In this document: positions 1 through 9,489 of the stretch, piece by piece
Numbering within the stretch: the stretch's first letter is position 1
How the letters are laid out: every line of letters starts with the position of its first letter
Source: an uncultured Acidobacteriaceae bacterium
GTDB lineage: Bacteria; Acidobacteriota; Terriglobia; Acidiferrales; UBA7541
NCBI GenBank assembly: GCA_964500065.1
Contig: CAZCNH010000007.1
Span: forward strand, 1 to 64,000
Length of the DNA: 64,000 bases
Reading direction: 5' to 3'
The notes under the pieces: model-generated
Seen by the model: the letters and a program-made list of their open reading frames with translations, nothing else
What the model was told of the DNA's origin: nothing
Databases searched by the model: none
Position numbers and translations under genes: made by a program

Positions 1-1892
1 TCGGCGCTATTGGCATTTCCCTGCTCCCGCTGATTTTCATGTTTTTCATCAGCTATGCGCTGATGAACCGTACGCTCAACAAATGGTTTTCTCGGCCGCT
101 GGAATCCGCCGTCACCGCCAGCCATGAATTGCTGGACGACATGGTTCGCCGCGAGTACCAGCATCTTTTGTCTGTGGGCCAAGAAGTCCAGGCCGCATGG
201 AAGGGCGACTGGAAACTGTTCCCTGCCGACTCCGCGCGCCTCGGTACCCTGGCACGTAAAGCCGGCGCAGATTGGGCCATGGCGTTTAGTGAGGAAGCCA
301 TTCAATCCCATGTGAAATACCGCATGGCGGGAGGTCCACTGATCTGGGAAGACTTCGGAAATCAATCGTCGGTTTGTGCGCGACTTCCAGTCCCCCGCGG
401 GGGCTTGCTCGTTTGCCGGGCTCTGCCCGAGGATTTTCTGGGCCGATACACCCAAGTGATCGCACAAAGAGAATCCTACCTGCAGCAGGGTCAACAACTA
501 CGGGCCTTCAAAAATCAGATCCTGTTGACGCTTGCCCTTCTGACCGTTCTGCTGATGTTCTCCTCCATGTGGTTTGCCCTGTTTCTTGCCAAGCAGGTAA
601 CGGGACCGATTGAGGCGCTGGCGCGAGGAACGCAAGAAGTTTCCCAGGGCAATCTCGGGTATCAGGTGGACGTGGCCGCGCGGGATGAATTGGGAATCCT
701 GGTCAACTCCTTTAACCAGATGACCCGCCAACTGGCCGATAGCCGGCGGCAACTCGATGAGTTTACCCGCAGCCTGCAACAGGCCGTGGGCGAAATCGAA
801 GAACGTCGCAAGTTGATGGAGACGATTCTCGAAAATATCCCTACGGCCGTGCTTTCGCTCGACGCAAGCGGCGGCATCACTCGCGCTAATCAAGCGGCTC
901 TGCGCATGTTCGGCAACGACGTGCTTTCTCAGCGACCGGTGGCTGAGCTTCTGGGCGCGGAAACTGCGCGCTCACTTGAACAGCAGATGCGCAAGGCCCT
1001 GCGCATGGGCACTGCTTCCGCGGCGCTCGAATTTCACTTGCCGGCCGCAAATGGCGGCCACCCGGGACGGGTGATGAACGCTGCGGTCACCATCAGCGCG
1101 CTCGGCACGCGGCGCTCCAATCCCGGCTATGTGGTGGTGATTGACGACCTCACCGAGCTGCTGCGCGCGCAGAAAGCTTCCGCGTGGCAGGAAGTCGCGC
1201 AGCGCATTGCTCACGAGATCAAGAATCCGCTCACGCCGATTCAGCTATCCGCGCAGCGGCTCATGCGGCACCTGGACCGCAGCACCAGCGGACAAGCGGC
1301 GGCACGCGAGCCTGAACTCGCCAGCCTGATCGGCGAATGCGCAGGGCTGATTGAACGCGAAGTGGCCACGTTGAAATCGCTGGTGGACGAGTTTTCCCAA
1401 TTCGCGCGTTTTCCCACCGCCAAGCTGGCGCCGCTGGATGCCAACGCTATCGTGGCGGGGGCGCTGGAGGTCTTCAGCGGGAGACTTGATGGCGTGACTG
1501 TGCGCGCGAATTATCAGGAGGGTCTGCCGCTGGTCAAAGCCGACGCGGAACTTTTGCGCCGGGTGCTGGTCAACTTGATTGATAACGCCGCGGAGGCCAT
1601 GGAAGGGGCCACCGTTCGCGAATTGGGCATTTCCACCCGCACCGGGCGGGATGGCGAGATGATTGAAATCGTGGTGGCCGATAGCGGCCACGGCATTTCA
1701 CCCGAAGACAAGGAAAGACTTTTCCTCCCTCATTTTTCCACGCGCAACCGCGGCACAGGACTCGGTTTGGCGATTGCCAGCCGCATCGTAGCGGAGCATA
1801 GCGGAATCTTGCGGGTGGAAGACAACAATCCGGTGGGGGCGCGGTTTGTGATCAAGCTGCCCGTGGCGGAAGCAGTACCCAAGGCTACCTAG
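1..1892 (+). CDS. ntrY: sensor histidine kinase, NtrY-like (TM, HAMP, PAS, HisKA, HATPase); 5' end truncated by the window edge
   Basis: ORF 39..1892 stays open in-frame back to nt 3 (GAIGISLLPLIF MFF...). HAMP-like segment after a TM helix, PAS-like region, H-box AHEIKNPLTPI, ATPase motifs DNAAEAM / GTGLGLAI. Immediately followed by a sigma54-type response regulator. Confidence 0.8.
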   Translation, partial: GAIGISLLPLIFMFFISYALMNRTLNKWFSRPLESAVTASHELLDDMVRREYQHLLSVGQEVQAAWKGDWKLFPADSARLGTLARKAGADWAMAFSEEAIQSHVKYRMAGGPLIWEDFGNQSSVCARLPVPRGGLLVCRALPEDFLGRYTQVIAQRESYLQQGQQLRAFKNQILLTLALLTVLLMFSSMWFALFLAKQVTGPIEALARGTQEVSQGNLGYQVDVAARDELGILVNSFNQMTRQLADSRRQLDEFTRSLQQAVGEIEERRKLMETILENIPTAVLSLDASGGITRANQAALRMFGNDVLSQRPVAELLGAETARSLEQQMRKALRMGTASAALEFHLPAANGGHPGRVMNAAVTISALGTRRSNPGYVVVIDDLTELLRAQKASAWQEVAQRIAHEIKNPLTPIQLSAQRLMRHLDRSTSGQAAAREPELASLIGECAGLIEREVATLKSLVDEFSQFARFPTAKLAPLDANAIVAGALEVFSGRLDGVTVRANYQEGLPLVKADAELLRRVLVNLIDNAAEAMEGATVRELGISTRTGRDGEMIEIVVADSGHGISPEDKERLFLPHFSTRNRGTGLGLAIASRIVAEHSGILRVEDNNPVGARFVIKLPVAEAVPKAT

Positions 1893-1894
1893 AA

Positions 1895-3250
1895 ATGTCG
1901 CACTCGATTCTCATTGTGGACGACGAAGGCGGAATCCGGCAGTCACTGGGCTCTGTCCTGCGCGATGAAGGCTACCGCGTGGACGCGGTGGCCAGCGGAG
2001 AAGAGTGCCTTGCCGCGGTGAAAAAGTCCCCCTACGACCTGGTCCTGCTGGACGTTTGGCTGCCGGGCATGGACGGCATGGCCACGCTGGAAAAGCTGCG
2101 TGAAAACGGCCCGCGCCCCGTGGTGGTGATGATTTCCGGCCACGCGAACATCGAAACCGCGGTGCGCGCCACCAAGCTGGGCGCCCTGGATTTCGTGGAA
2201 AAGCCGCTCTCGATTGACAAGACCATGCTGGCGGTGAAGAACGCCATCGAGCACCTGCGTCTGGAAGAAGAAAATCTGCGCCTGCGCGCGGAGTTGGAGG
2301 AACGAGTACGCATCATCGGGGATAGCGTCCCGATGAAAGCCCTGCGCCAGCAGATTGCACTGACCGCTCCCACCAATAGCCGGGTCCTGATTTATGGAGA
2401 AAGCGGCACGGGAAAAGAGCTGGTGGCGCGCGCCCTGCATGTGCAAAGCCACCGCTCACGCATGCTTTTCGTGGAGGTGAACTGCGCGGCCATCCCCGAG
2501 GAACTCATCGAGTCCGAGCTGTTCGGCCACGTCAAGGGCAGCTTTACCGGCGCCTCCGCGGACAAAGTCGGCAAATTCCAGAAGGCGGACGGCGGAACGT
2601 TGTTTTTGGACGAAGTGGGCGACATGAGCGCGAAGACGCAGTCCAAGGTTTTGCGCGCGCTGGAAGAACAGCGCTTCGAGCCGGTGGGCTCCAACCAGGC
2701 CGTGCGCGTGGACGTGCGCGTGATCGCCGCTACCAACAAGAGGCTCGAAGAGGAAACTTCAAAGGGAACCTTCCGCGAAGATCTCTTCTACCGCCTGAAC
2801 GTGATTCCCTTTTTCGTTCCCCCGCTGCGCGAGCGCACCGAGGACATTCCGAGCCTGGTCCGCCATTTCATCGGCGACTTTGCAGCATCCTATGGCCGCA
2901 AGCCCAAACAAATGAGCGACGCGGCAATCGAGGTGCTGGCGCGCTATTCCTGGCCCGGCAACGTGCGCGAGTTGCGCAACTTGATTGAACGCCTGGTGAT
3001 CATGGTGCCGGCGCAGGTCATCGAGCCGCACCACCTTCCTCCGGAAATTTTTCGCGGCGCCATGCGCAGCACCCAGCAGTCGTTCAGTTCCCTGCACGAA
3101 GCGCGGGCCGCCTATGAACGCGAGTTTATCTTGCGCAAACTGGAAGAGCACCGCTGGAACATGACCCGCGCCGCCGCCGCCCTGGGCCTCGAGCGCAGCC
3201 ACCTCTACCGCAAGATGAAGGTTTTGGGAATTACCCCGCAAGGCGAATAG
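1895..3250 (+). CDS. ntrX: sigma-54-dependent two-component response regulator (NtrX/NtrC family)
   Basis: Receiver domain (DDEGGIR...LLDVWLPGMDG), AAA+ sigma54-interaction domain (GESGTGKELVARALH, GSFTGA, ESELFGH), C-terminal HTH. Starts 3 nt after the kinase stop. Confidence 0.9.
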   Translation: MSHSILIVDDEGGIRQSLGSVLRDEGYRVDAVASGEECLAAVKKSPYDLVLLDVWLPGMDGMATLEKLRENGPRPVVVMISGHANIETAVRATKLGALDFVEKPLSIDKTMLAVKNAIEHLRLEEENLRLRAELEERVRIIGDSVPMKALRQQIALTAPTNSRVLIYGESGTGKELVARALHVQSHRSRMLFVEVNCAAIPEELIESELFGHVKGSFTGASADKVGKFQKADGGTLFLDEVGDMSAKTQSKVLRALEEQRFEPVGSNQAVRVDVRVIAATNKRLEEETSKGTFREDLFYRLNVIPFFVPPLRERTEDIPSLVRHFIGDFAASYGRKPKQMSDAAIEVLARYSWPGNVRELRNLIERLVIMVPAQVIEPHHLPPEIFRGAMRSTQQSFSSLHEARAAYEREFILRKLEEHRWNMTRAAAALGLERSHLYRKMKVLGITPQGE

Positions 3251-3310
3251 AAAAGCAGCCGAAAATCAGCGCAGAGACTATCCGCGATCATCTTCGCTTG
3301 CTTGTGATGT

Positions 3311-4219
3311 TTATTCCCTGCCCATTTGTTCCAGTTGGTAGCGCCAATCGAGCTGGCGCACGAAATCCGGGCGGCTGCGCCAGTCCCGTTGCACCTTCAC
3401 GAACAATTCGAGGAAAACTCTGGCGCCCAGCAAGCCTTCGATTTCCAGCCGGGCCGCGGTGCCGATTTTCTTGAGCATGGCGCCGCCCTTGCCGATCAAA
3501 ATGCCCTTCTGCCCGTCACGCTCGACGTAGAAGGTCGCGTGAATGCGCACCAGTTTGGGGCCTTCTTCAAACCTGTCAATCAAAACGGCCAAGGCGTGCG
3601 GGACCTCTTCCTTGGTCGCGGTGATGGCTTTTTCCCGCAGGATCTCCGCGGCCAGGAACCGTTCCGGCACGTCGGTGAACTGGTCCTTTGGAAAGAACGG
3701 CGAGCCTTCCGGCGCCAGTTCGCGCAAGGTATCCAGCACCCCCGGCAAGCCTTCGCCGGTCAGCGCGGAAATGGGCAGGATCGCCGCGAAATGGCCGCCT
3801 TCTCCGTAGCGGGCCATCAGCGGCAGTAATTGTTGCTTGGGGATGCGGTCAATTTTGTTCAGCAGCAGAATGCGCTGGCCGCGGAACTTCCTTGCGCGTT
3901 CGAGCACGTAGCGATCGCCCGCGCCGAAATCTTCTTTTGCATCCACAATCACGGCCAGCACGTCCACGCCGTCCAGCGCCTGCTCGATTTCGTTCAGCAT
4001 CTGCCGGCCGAGCGCCGTTTCCGCCTGGTGCATGCCGGGAGTATCCACCAGCACCAGTTGCATTCCTTTGCGGTTGACGATGCCGGTGATGCGGTTGCGC
4101 GTCGTCTGCGGTTTCGGCGAAACAATGGCCACCTTCTCCCCAACCAGTTGATTGACCAGCGTGGATTTCCCCGCGTTGGGACGCCCGATGATGGCCACGA
4201 ATCCTGCTTTGAATGGCAT
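3311..4219 (-). CDS. era: GTPase Era
   Basis: N-terminal G-domain GRPNAGKST, DTPG, NKID, plus C-terminal KH domain. Length 302 aa, typical for Era. Confidence 0.93.
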   Translation of the reverse strand: MPFKAGFVAIIGRPNAGKSTLVNQLVGEKVAIVSPKPQTTRNRITGIVNRKGMQLVLVDTPGMHQAETALGRQMLNEIEQALDGVDVLAVIVDAKEDFGAGDRYVLERARKFRGQRILLLNKIDRIPKQQLLPLMARYGEGGHFAAILPISALTGEGLPGVLDTLRELAPEGSPFFPKDQFTDVPERFLAAEILREKAITATKEEVPHALAVLIDRFEEGPKLVRIHATFYVERDGQKGILIGKGGAMLKKIGTAARLEIEGLLGARVFLELFVKVQRDWRSRPDFVRQLDWRYQLEQMGRE

Positions 4220-4252
4220 AGGGACATCTTATCCTGCCTCGCGCGGCAGGAG

Positions 4253-5992
4253 CTATCGGTTGGTGATCAGCCGGACTTCTGCGGGCACGGTGGTTCCCTG
4301 GCCGACGCTGATTCGCGTGCCCTTCTCTTCAAACGGTGCAAGGAACTCGGCATCCTGCCATGCGCCCTGATCCACATCGTCCCACGCGAACAGTTTGTAC
4401 TCGCCCGGGGGAATCCCCTGCATGGAAAACTTACCCTGCGCGTCGGTGAGCACTGTGCGGTAGAACATGGGATTGGCGCGGCGCTTCGCAGATGGAACCA
4501 GCACCACGGTGACGGCGGTGGCTGGCAGGCTCTCCGCATCCAGCACAGTGCCTTCTATACGGCCACCGTTCGCATTCATGACGATTTCAAGCCCGCTGCC
4601 GCTCTTGCCGGACATCAATAGTCCGCTTTCTGAAACTTCCTCGCCGCCAATTTTTGCCGACTTCAGATAGAAAGTGGGCGGCAAACCCTGCACGCTGACG
4701 TAGTGGCGTTCGGAAACAGGAATGCCTTGCAAGGTGAATGCGTACTCTGTCGAGACGGAGGCTTGCGTGCCGCCGGTGAACGTTTCCGCCGCCGGCACAA
4801 GCTGGACGCGGATGCTTTGCGGATTGATTCCCGCATCGCCTTCCAGCCGGAGTTTGCCGCTTAGGTCGGCGCCGCTGTTCATCACAATGTGGATCCCGTC
4901 CAAATCGGAGCGCCCTACCTCGACCGGCTCGCGGTGCACCGTGGCGCGGCGGTCGGCAACGGAAATCACCTGAATGATGTACGACCCGGGAAGCACCGCC
5001 CGAAACTCGAAAGTGCCTTGATCCTGGTCAACATCCGCCTGCTGGGAAAAGGCTCGGGTGTAGGATCCCGCGGCGGCCTGGCGCATCAACATGGCTTGAA
5101 TCCCGCCGCGCCGCTGCTGTTGGCCGGGATCCGAAGCGGCCGCCAACGGCGGCAAACTAATACGCCCGCGAACTCGATACGCTCTTTGCGGGGCAATGGA
5201 TATGTCAATCCCCGCGATTTCGTCAGCGGGCCCCACTTGCAGCGCAGAAGCGTTTTGCGGGTCGGTGGTGCCGGGATAAAACGTCGGCGCGTACACTTCG
5301 TCCTGCGAATCATCGTTGCTCATGACGCGAAAATCGCGGCCACCTCCCGGCCCGCCCCTCTGCCCACCGGCAGTCGCGCTGACGTAATACCTGCCCGGCG
5401 TGATGCCGAAGAGGCGGTATTCTCCGCGGTCATTGGTCTGCGCGCCACCCGCCGGGAAAAACTGCTTCTGCCCGCGTTGATAGGAGAGCCGCAAGGTTTG
5501 GACAAATCCATTCACCACCGGCTCGCCATCCTCATCGGTTACGCGCCCGGTGATGACCCCGTCATCAAGCAGCCGAAAAACCATTTCGCGCAGCCGTTGC
5601 CCGGGATCCAGGGTAAGCGTGGCGCCCGGCCGGCCTGGCCCGCGCTGGCCATATTCTGTGCGCACGTAGCCTTCCCGCTCGACCGTCAAGCGAAAACGAC
5701 CAGGCGGGATATCTGCGATGCGGAACTTTCCGGAAGCGTCGGTAACCGACTGGAACGTGCGCATCCGGCCTTGCTGCCCCCGCCCATCCAATTGGAACGG
5801 CGGGCGGCCGTCGAATTGCGGGCGCAAAATCACCCGCGCCCGCTTGAGCGGCTTGCCGTCCGATGCCCGGGTCACTGTGCCTTCGATCAGCGCGGTGGCC
5901 GGCGCGGGCGTAGCCGGGGCCTGCTGCGCCTGCGAAAAAGCGGCAGCGGAGGCAGCCAGAATCGCCAGGCCGATTTGCAAAATAACTCTCAT
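4253..5992 (-). CDS. secreted carboxypeptidase-regulatory-like (CarboxypepD_reg) repeat protein, function unknown
   Basis: Signal peptide MRVILQIGLAILAASAAAFSQA. Repeated Ig-like segments of the form 'GxVxxxxDGxPxxxAxV'. Common acidobacterial family. Confidence 0.6.
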   Translation of the reverse strand: MRVILQIGLAILAASAAAFSQAQQAPATPAPATALIEGTVTRASDGKPLKRARVILRPQFDGRPPFQLDGRGQQGRMRTFQSVTDASGKFRIADIPPGRFRLTVEREGYVRTEYGQRGPGRPGATLTLDPGQRLREMVFRLLDDGVITGRVTDEDGEPVVNGFVQTLRLSYQRGQKQFFPAGGAQTNDRGEYRLFGITPGRYYVSATAGGQRGGPGGGRDFRVMSNDDSQDEVYAPTFYPGTTDPQNASALQVGPADEIAGIDISIAPQRAYRVRGRISLPPLAAASDPGQQQRRGGIQAMLMRQAAAGSYTRAFSQQADVDQDQGTFEFRAVLPGSYIIQVISVADRRATVHREPVEVGRSDLDGIHIVMNSGADLSGKLRLEGDAGINPQSIRVQLVPAAETFTGGTQASVSTEYAFTLQGIPVSERHYVSVQGLPPTFYLKSAKIGGEEVSESGLLMSGKSGSGLEIVMNANGGRIEGTVLDAESLPATAVTVVLVPSAKRRANPMFYRTVLTDAQGKFSMQGIPPGEYKLFAWDDVDQGAWQDAEFLAPFEEKGTRISVGQGTTVPAEVRLITNR

Positions 5993-6063
5993 GTAGCTAC
6001 AGACGAATTTTCAGGACCGCGGGTTAGCGGCACACTGAGAAGCATACTGCAATCCGGATGCGG

Positions 6064-7350
6064 CTAGGAGGAAGAAGGAGCGGCAGCGGCAAGCTTGCGG
6101 CGGATGCGAAGGCGGAGCACCTTGCGTTGATTGGCTTCGAGCACCTCAAAGCGGTGTCCCACAAGTTCCATCGATTCCCCAGGAGCGGGCACGTGCCCGG
6201 CAATCGCGTTGAGCAGGCCGGCGATGGTGGCCGCACCATCCTTCCCCTGCGTCTCCAAGTCCACCCCCAGCAGTTCCTTCACCTTTTCCAGGGAGACGCT
6301 GCCGCGCAACAGCAGTGCGCCATCGGCTTCGCGCACGACTTCGGGAACCGGCGAGCGGTCTTCCTCGTGTATCTCGCCGACAATTTCTTCGACCAGATCT
6401 TCGGCGGTCACGACGCCGGCTACCGACCCGTACTCATCAATCACCACCGCCATTTGCTGGCGCTTCTGCTGCATTTCTTTGAGCAGTTGCGAGCCCATCT
6501 TGGTCTCCGGCACAAACAAGGCCGGGCGCACCAGTTCCTCCACCCTGCGAGTGCGGGCATCGTTCTCGGAAATCTGCAGCAGGTCGCGGGCATACACAAT
6601 GCCGCGGGTTTCGTCGAGATTTTCCTCGTACACCGGCAAGCGGGAGAACTTCGTTTCCACGATGACCCGCCGCAGTTGCTCGAGGGTGGCATCGGCCGGA
6701 ATGGCCACCACTTCCGGGCGCGGCGTCATCATGTCGCGCACTCGCTTATCGGCAAATTCCACCACTTGCTCGATCCATTTCGCTTCGTCTTTTTCCAGTA
6801 TGCCCTGCTCCTCGGCGGCTTCCACCAGGGCTTCCAGTCCTTCTTGCTGCTTTTGCTCCGCATCGTCCGGCACTTCCCCCAGCCGGGTCACCGAGATAGC
6901 CACCTCGGTGAGGGCTCGAACCGGCCACGCCATCCAACTGAACAGCTTCACCACCGGCAAAAAAGCGATCAGCCAGCGGCCACTGGTTCGAGAGATCAGC
7001 AGGTAAGGAAGGAAATGCATGCAGACTGAAATCTGCGCGGCCAGGATCACAATATGCTGCAAGAGCGATTCCCACGTGCCGGGAGTGAAGAAAGTGACCC
7101 CGCGGGTGGTTTGCACGGCGACCAGCACCAGCCAGCCATGCGCCAGCAAGGAAAACGTCAGCGCGGCCCGACGCCGTTCGAGACCCAGGCGCGGCTCGAC
7201 TTCAGCCTCGAAAATATCCAGGTTGGCGTGAATCCTGCCGGTCGTCACCCGGCCCAACTCGCGGTACACGCGGTCCACATAGGCGAACAGGACCAGCCCG
7301 CCGAGAGTAAGAAAGACCGAGAACGTATAAAAGGTGAAGATCCATCTCAT
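6064..7350 (-). CDS. HlyC/CorC family transporter (CNNM/DUF21 membrane domain + CBS pair + CorC_HlyC domain)
   Basis: N-terminal TM helices, two CBS domains, C-terminal transporter-associated domain. Sits in the conserved phoH-ybeY-ybeX(corC) neighbourhood. The start overlaps the ybeY stop. Confidence 0.85.
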   Translation of the reverse strand: MRWIFTFYTFSVFLTLGGLVLFAYVDRVYRELGRVTTGRIHANLDIFEAEVEPRLGLERRRAALTFSLLAHGWLVLVAVQTTRGVTFFTPGTWESLLQHIVILAAQISVCMHFLPYLLISRTSGRWLIAFLPVVKLFSWMAWPVRALTEVAISVTRLGEVPDDAEQKQQEGLEALVEAAEEQGILEKDEAKWIEQVVEFADKRVRDMMTPRPEVVAIPADATLEQLRRVIVETKFSRLPVYEENLDETRGIVYARDLLQISENDARTRRVEELVRPALFVPETKMGSQLLKEMQQKRQQMAVVIDEYGSVAGVVTAEDLVEEIVGEIHEEDRSPVPEVVREADGALLLRGSVSLEKVKELLGVDLETQGKDGAATIAGLLNAIAGHVPAPGESMELVGHRFEVLEANQRKVLRLRIRRKLAAAAPSSS

Positions 7351-7790
7351 GGTTTGAGGCCCAGTTTGTGGCGCAAGCGTCGTTCGTATCGCTCCATTTC
7401 GCCGGAGTCGTGTTCGTGGTCGTATCCCAGCAAATGCAGCACCCCGTGCAAAATCAGAATCCGTAGTTCATCACTCAATGGCCGCCCGAATTCACCGGCG
7501 TTGCGACGTGCTACCGCAGGGGCGATGGCAATATCGCCGAGGAAATGCCTCCGTCCATTCCGCTTTGGCTGACCGGGGCGGAGATTGTCGCGTTCGGAGG
7601 GAAACGAAAGCACGTCAGTCGGACCGCGCTTGCCGCGGTAAGTCTGATTGAGTTTGGCCATTTCCCGATTCTCGATGAAGCAGACCGTTACCGATTCGCC
7701 CGGGAGCTTCAGGGTACGGCGCACCCGGCTCAGGAAACGGCCCAGTACCACCGGAGACACCCGTACGGCGCGCTGGCGGTTCAGAATCAT
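7347..7790 (-). CDS. ybeY: rRNA maturation endoribonuclease YbeY
   Basis: Metal-binding motif HGVLHLLGYDHEHD, about 147 aa, downstream of phoH. Confidence 0.9.
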   Translation of the reverse strand: MILNRQRAVRVSPVVLGRFLSRVRRTLKLPGESVTVCFIENREMAKLNQTYRGKRGPTDVLSFPSERDNLRPGQPKRNGRRHFLGDIAIAPAVARRNAGEFGRPLSDELRILILHGVLHLLGYDHEHDSGEMERYERRLRHKLGLKP

Positions 7791-7926
7791 GCCCCAGTGC
7801 CATCCTTTACCAATGATCGCGTTGAGTCGGAATCAGCCATCGCCGATGGTTGACTTGAGAACAAATCAGCACCCAATTATACAGTGAATGAGGCAGGAAC
7901 CGGCCAAGACATGAAGAGTGTATGAC

Positions 7927-8913
7927 TTACAGGCGCCGTGGAGCACTGGACTGTGCCTGGCGGCCAGGTTTGCCCAGGAACTCATCGTAGGCCTTGATGA
8001 TCTGTTGCACCAGGCTGTGCCGAACCACGTCGCGCTCATCAAAGTGCACAAATGCAATGCCCTCGATCTTGCCAACCACATCCAGGGCCTCGATCAATCC
8101 CGACCGGGTGTGCGCCGGGAGGTCAATCTGGGTGATGTCGCCGGTGATCACCGCCTTGGAGTTGAATCCCAGGCGGGTAAGGAACATTTTCATCTGCTCG
8201 CTGGTGGTGTTCTGGGCCTCGTCCAGGATGACAAACGAATCGTTCAGGGTGCGGCCGCGCATGAAGGCCAGCGGGGCCACTTCGATAATTCCCTTCTCCA
8301 GGAAGCGTTCGAGCTTGTCCGTTTCCAGCAGGTCATAGAGCGCGTCATACAGCGGACGCATGTAGGGGTCCACTTTTTGCTGCAGGGTGCCGGGAAGAAA
8401 TCCAAGGCGCTCGCCGGCTTCCACCGCGGGCCGCGCGAGAATAATGCGCGTGACCTGTTTCGATAGCAGCGCGCTGACCGCCATGGTCACGGCCAGATAC
8501 GTTTTACCGGTGCCGCCGGGCCCAATGCCGAACACCATGTCGTGCTTTTCCATGCACTCCATGTAACGGCGCTGGTTCGGACTCTTGGGCGTGATTTGCT
8601 TTTTGCCATGGGCGCGCCCTCGGACCGGGTCCGCGATGCCGCGCAAAGATGGCGCCGCCTCCTGCGTGGCCACGCGAAACAACGAAAGCACTTCGCCGTT
8701 ATTGAACGCGCGGCCTTCGCGCACCATGTCGTTGTATTCGCCCAGAATGCGCGCCGCTTTCTCCACTGGTTCCGGCTCGCCTTCGATTTCCAGCATTTCC
8801 CCGTTCAGGTGAGTGCGGATGCGCAGGGAAGATTCCAACAGCTTGATGTTCTGATCGTGAGTGCCGAAGAGTTGTTCGATTCCGCCAAGAATCGGGATGG
8901 AGCGTTTGGTCAA
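7927..8913 (-). CDS. phoH: PhoH-like ATPase (YbeZ)
   Basis: Walker [13 protein letters not shown], PhoH family length (328 aa), conserved synteny with ybeY. Confidence 0.9.
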   Translation of the reverse strand: MTKRSIPILGGIEQLFGTHDQNIKLLESSLRIRTHLNGEMLEIEGEPEPVEKAARILGEYNDMVREGRAFNNGEVLSLFRVATQEAAPSLRGIADPVRGRAHGKKQITPKSPNQRRYMECMEKHDMVFGIGPGGTGKTYLAVTMAVSALLSKQVTRIILARPAVEAGERLGFLPGTLQQKVDPYMRPLYDALYDLLETDKLERFLEKGIIEVAPLAFMRGRTLNDSFVILDEAQNTTSEQMKMFLTRLGFNSKAVITGDITQIDLPAHTRSGLIEALDVVGKIEGIAFVHFDERDVVRHSLVQQIIKAYDEFLGKPGRQAQSSAPRRL

Positions 8914-9029
8914 AGCGTGCGTCGTAGCCTCGTTTCGCGCGTCGTGCAGCGACTACCAGCCTACGCGAGCGTGACCCGGCGCGTCAACTTTCAGGAGCTT
9001 GCAAGCGGCTCAGCTTCCATCCTGCCCGC

Positions 9030-9389
9030 CTAGCACTCAAAGTCACGAACCAGCCAGGATACGGAAGGCTTGCCGACTGCGCGAAAACCAACCTGCTGTT
9101 CGAGCCATTGGACGAGCATTTCGACGGCCCTGCCTTCAACAGCGCGATCGACCTTTGGGTCGGCCAACCAGGCAATCAGAACCATTCCGTAGGTTGTCGC
9201 TGCTTTGCGAATATGCGTAATTTGATTGATCTCGAGCGCTTCAAACTCGCAGGCCTCGCGGTCCAACAGAAGATCGAACCCGCCGGACTTTCGTTTCGCC
9301 AGCCAGGCGACAAACAGAAAGCCCCTGCCTTCGATTTCCACAAGCGAAGCAGGGCCAGATGAGTACTCGTCTTCCGCGCCGAATCCCAT
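9030..9389 (-). CDS. hypothetical protein (120 aa) immediately downstream of the AAA ATPase
   Basis: Internal ATG at 9389 preceded by GGGAGG 5 nt upstream. The longer ORF 9030..9527 would overlap the AAA gene. No recognisable domain. Confidence 0.4.
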   Translation of the reverse strand: MGFGAEDEYSSGPASLVEIEGRGFLFVAWLAKRKSGGFDLLLDREACEFEALEINQITHIRKAATTYGMVLIAWLADPKVDRAVEGRAVEMLVQWLEQQVGFRAVGKPSVSWLVRDFEC

Positions 9390-9489
9390 CGTTGCCTCCC
9401 TTCCCCCGCTGTCCAACGAAGACGCCGAATCCTGGCGGCTCTGCAGCCTTCGTCCGCGGAAGATGTTCTTGCAGGAAATAGCTTGAAAC

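Noticed and set aside
3830-7029. Plus-strand ORFs 3830..4621, 4889..6067, 6058..7029, 6131..7006
   Set aside because: Overlap era, the CarboxypepD_reg gene and corC on the opposite strand; no motifs; typical high-GC antisense ORFs.
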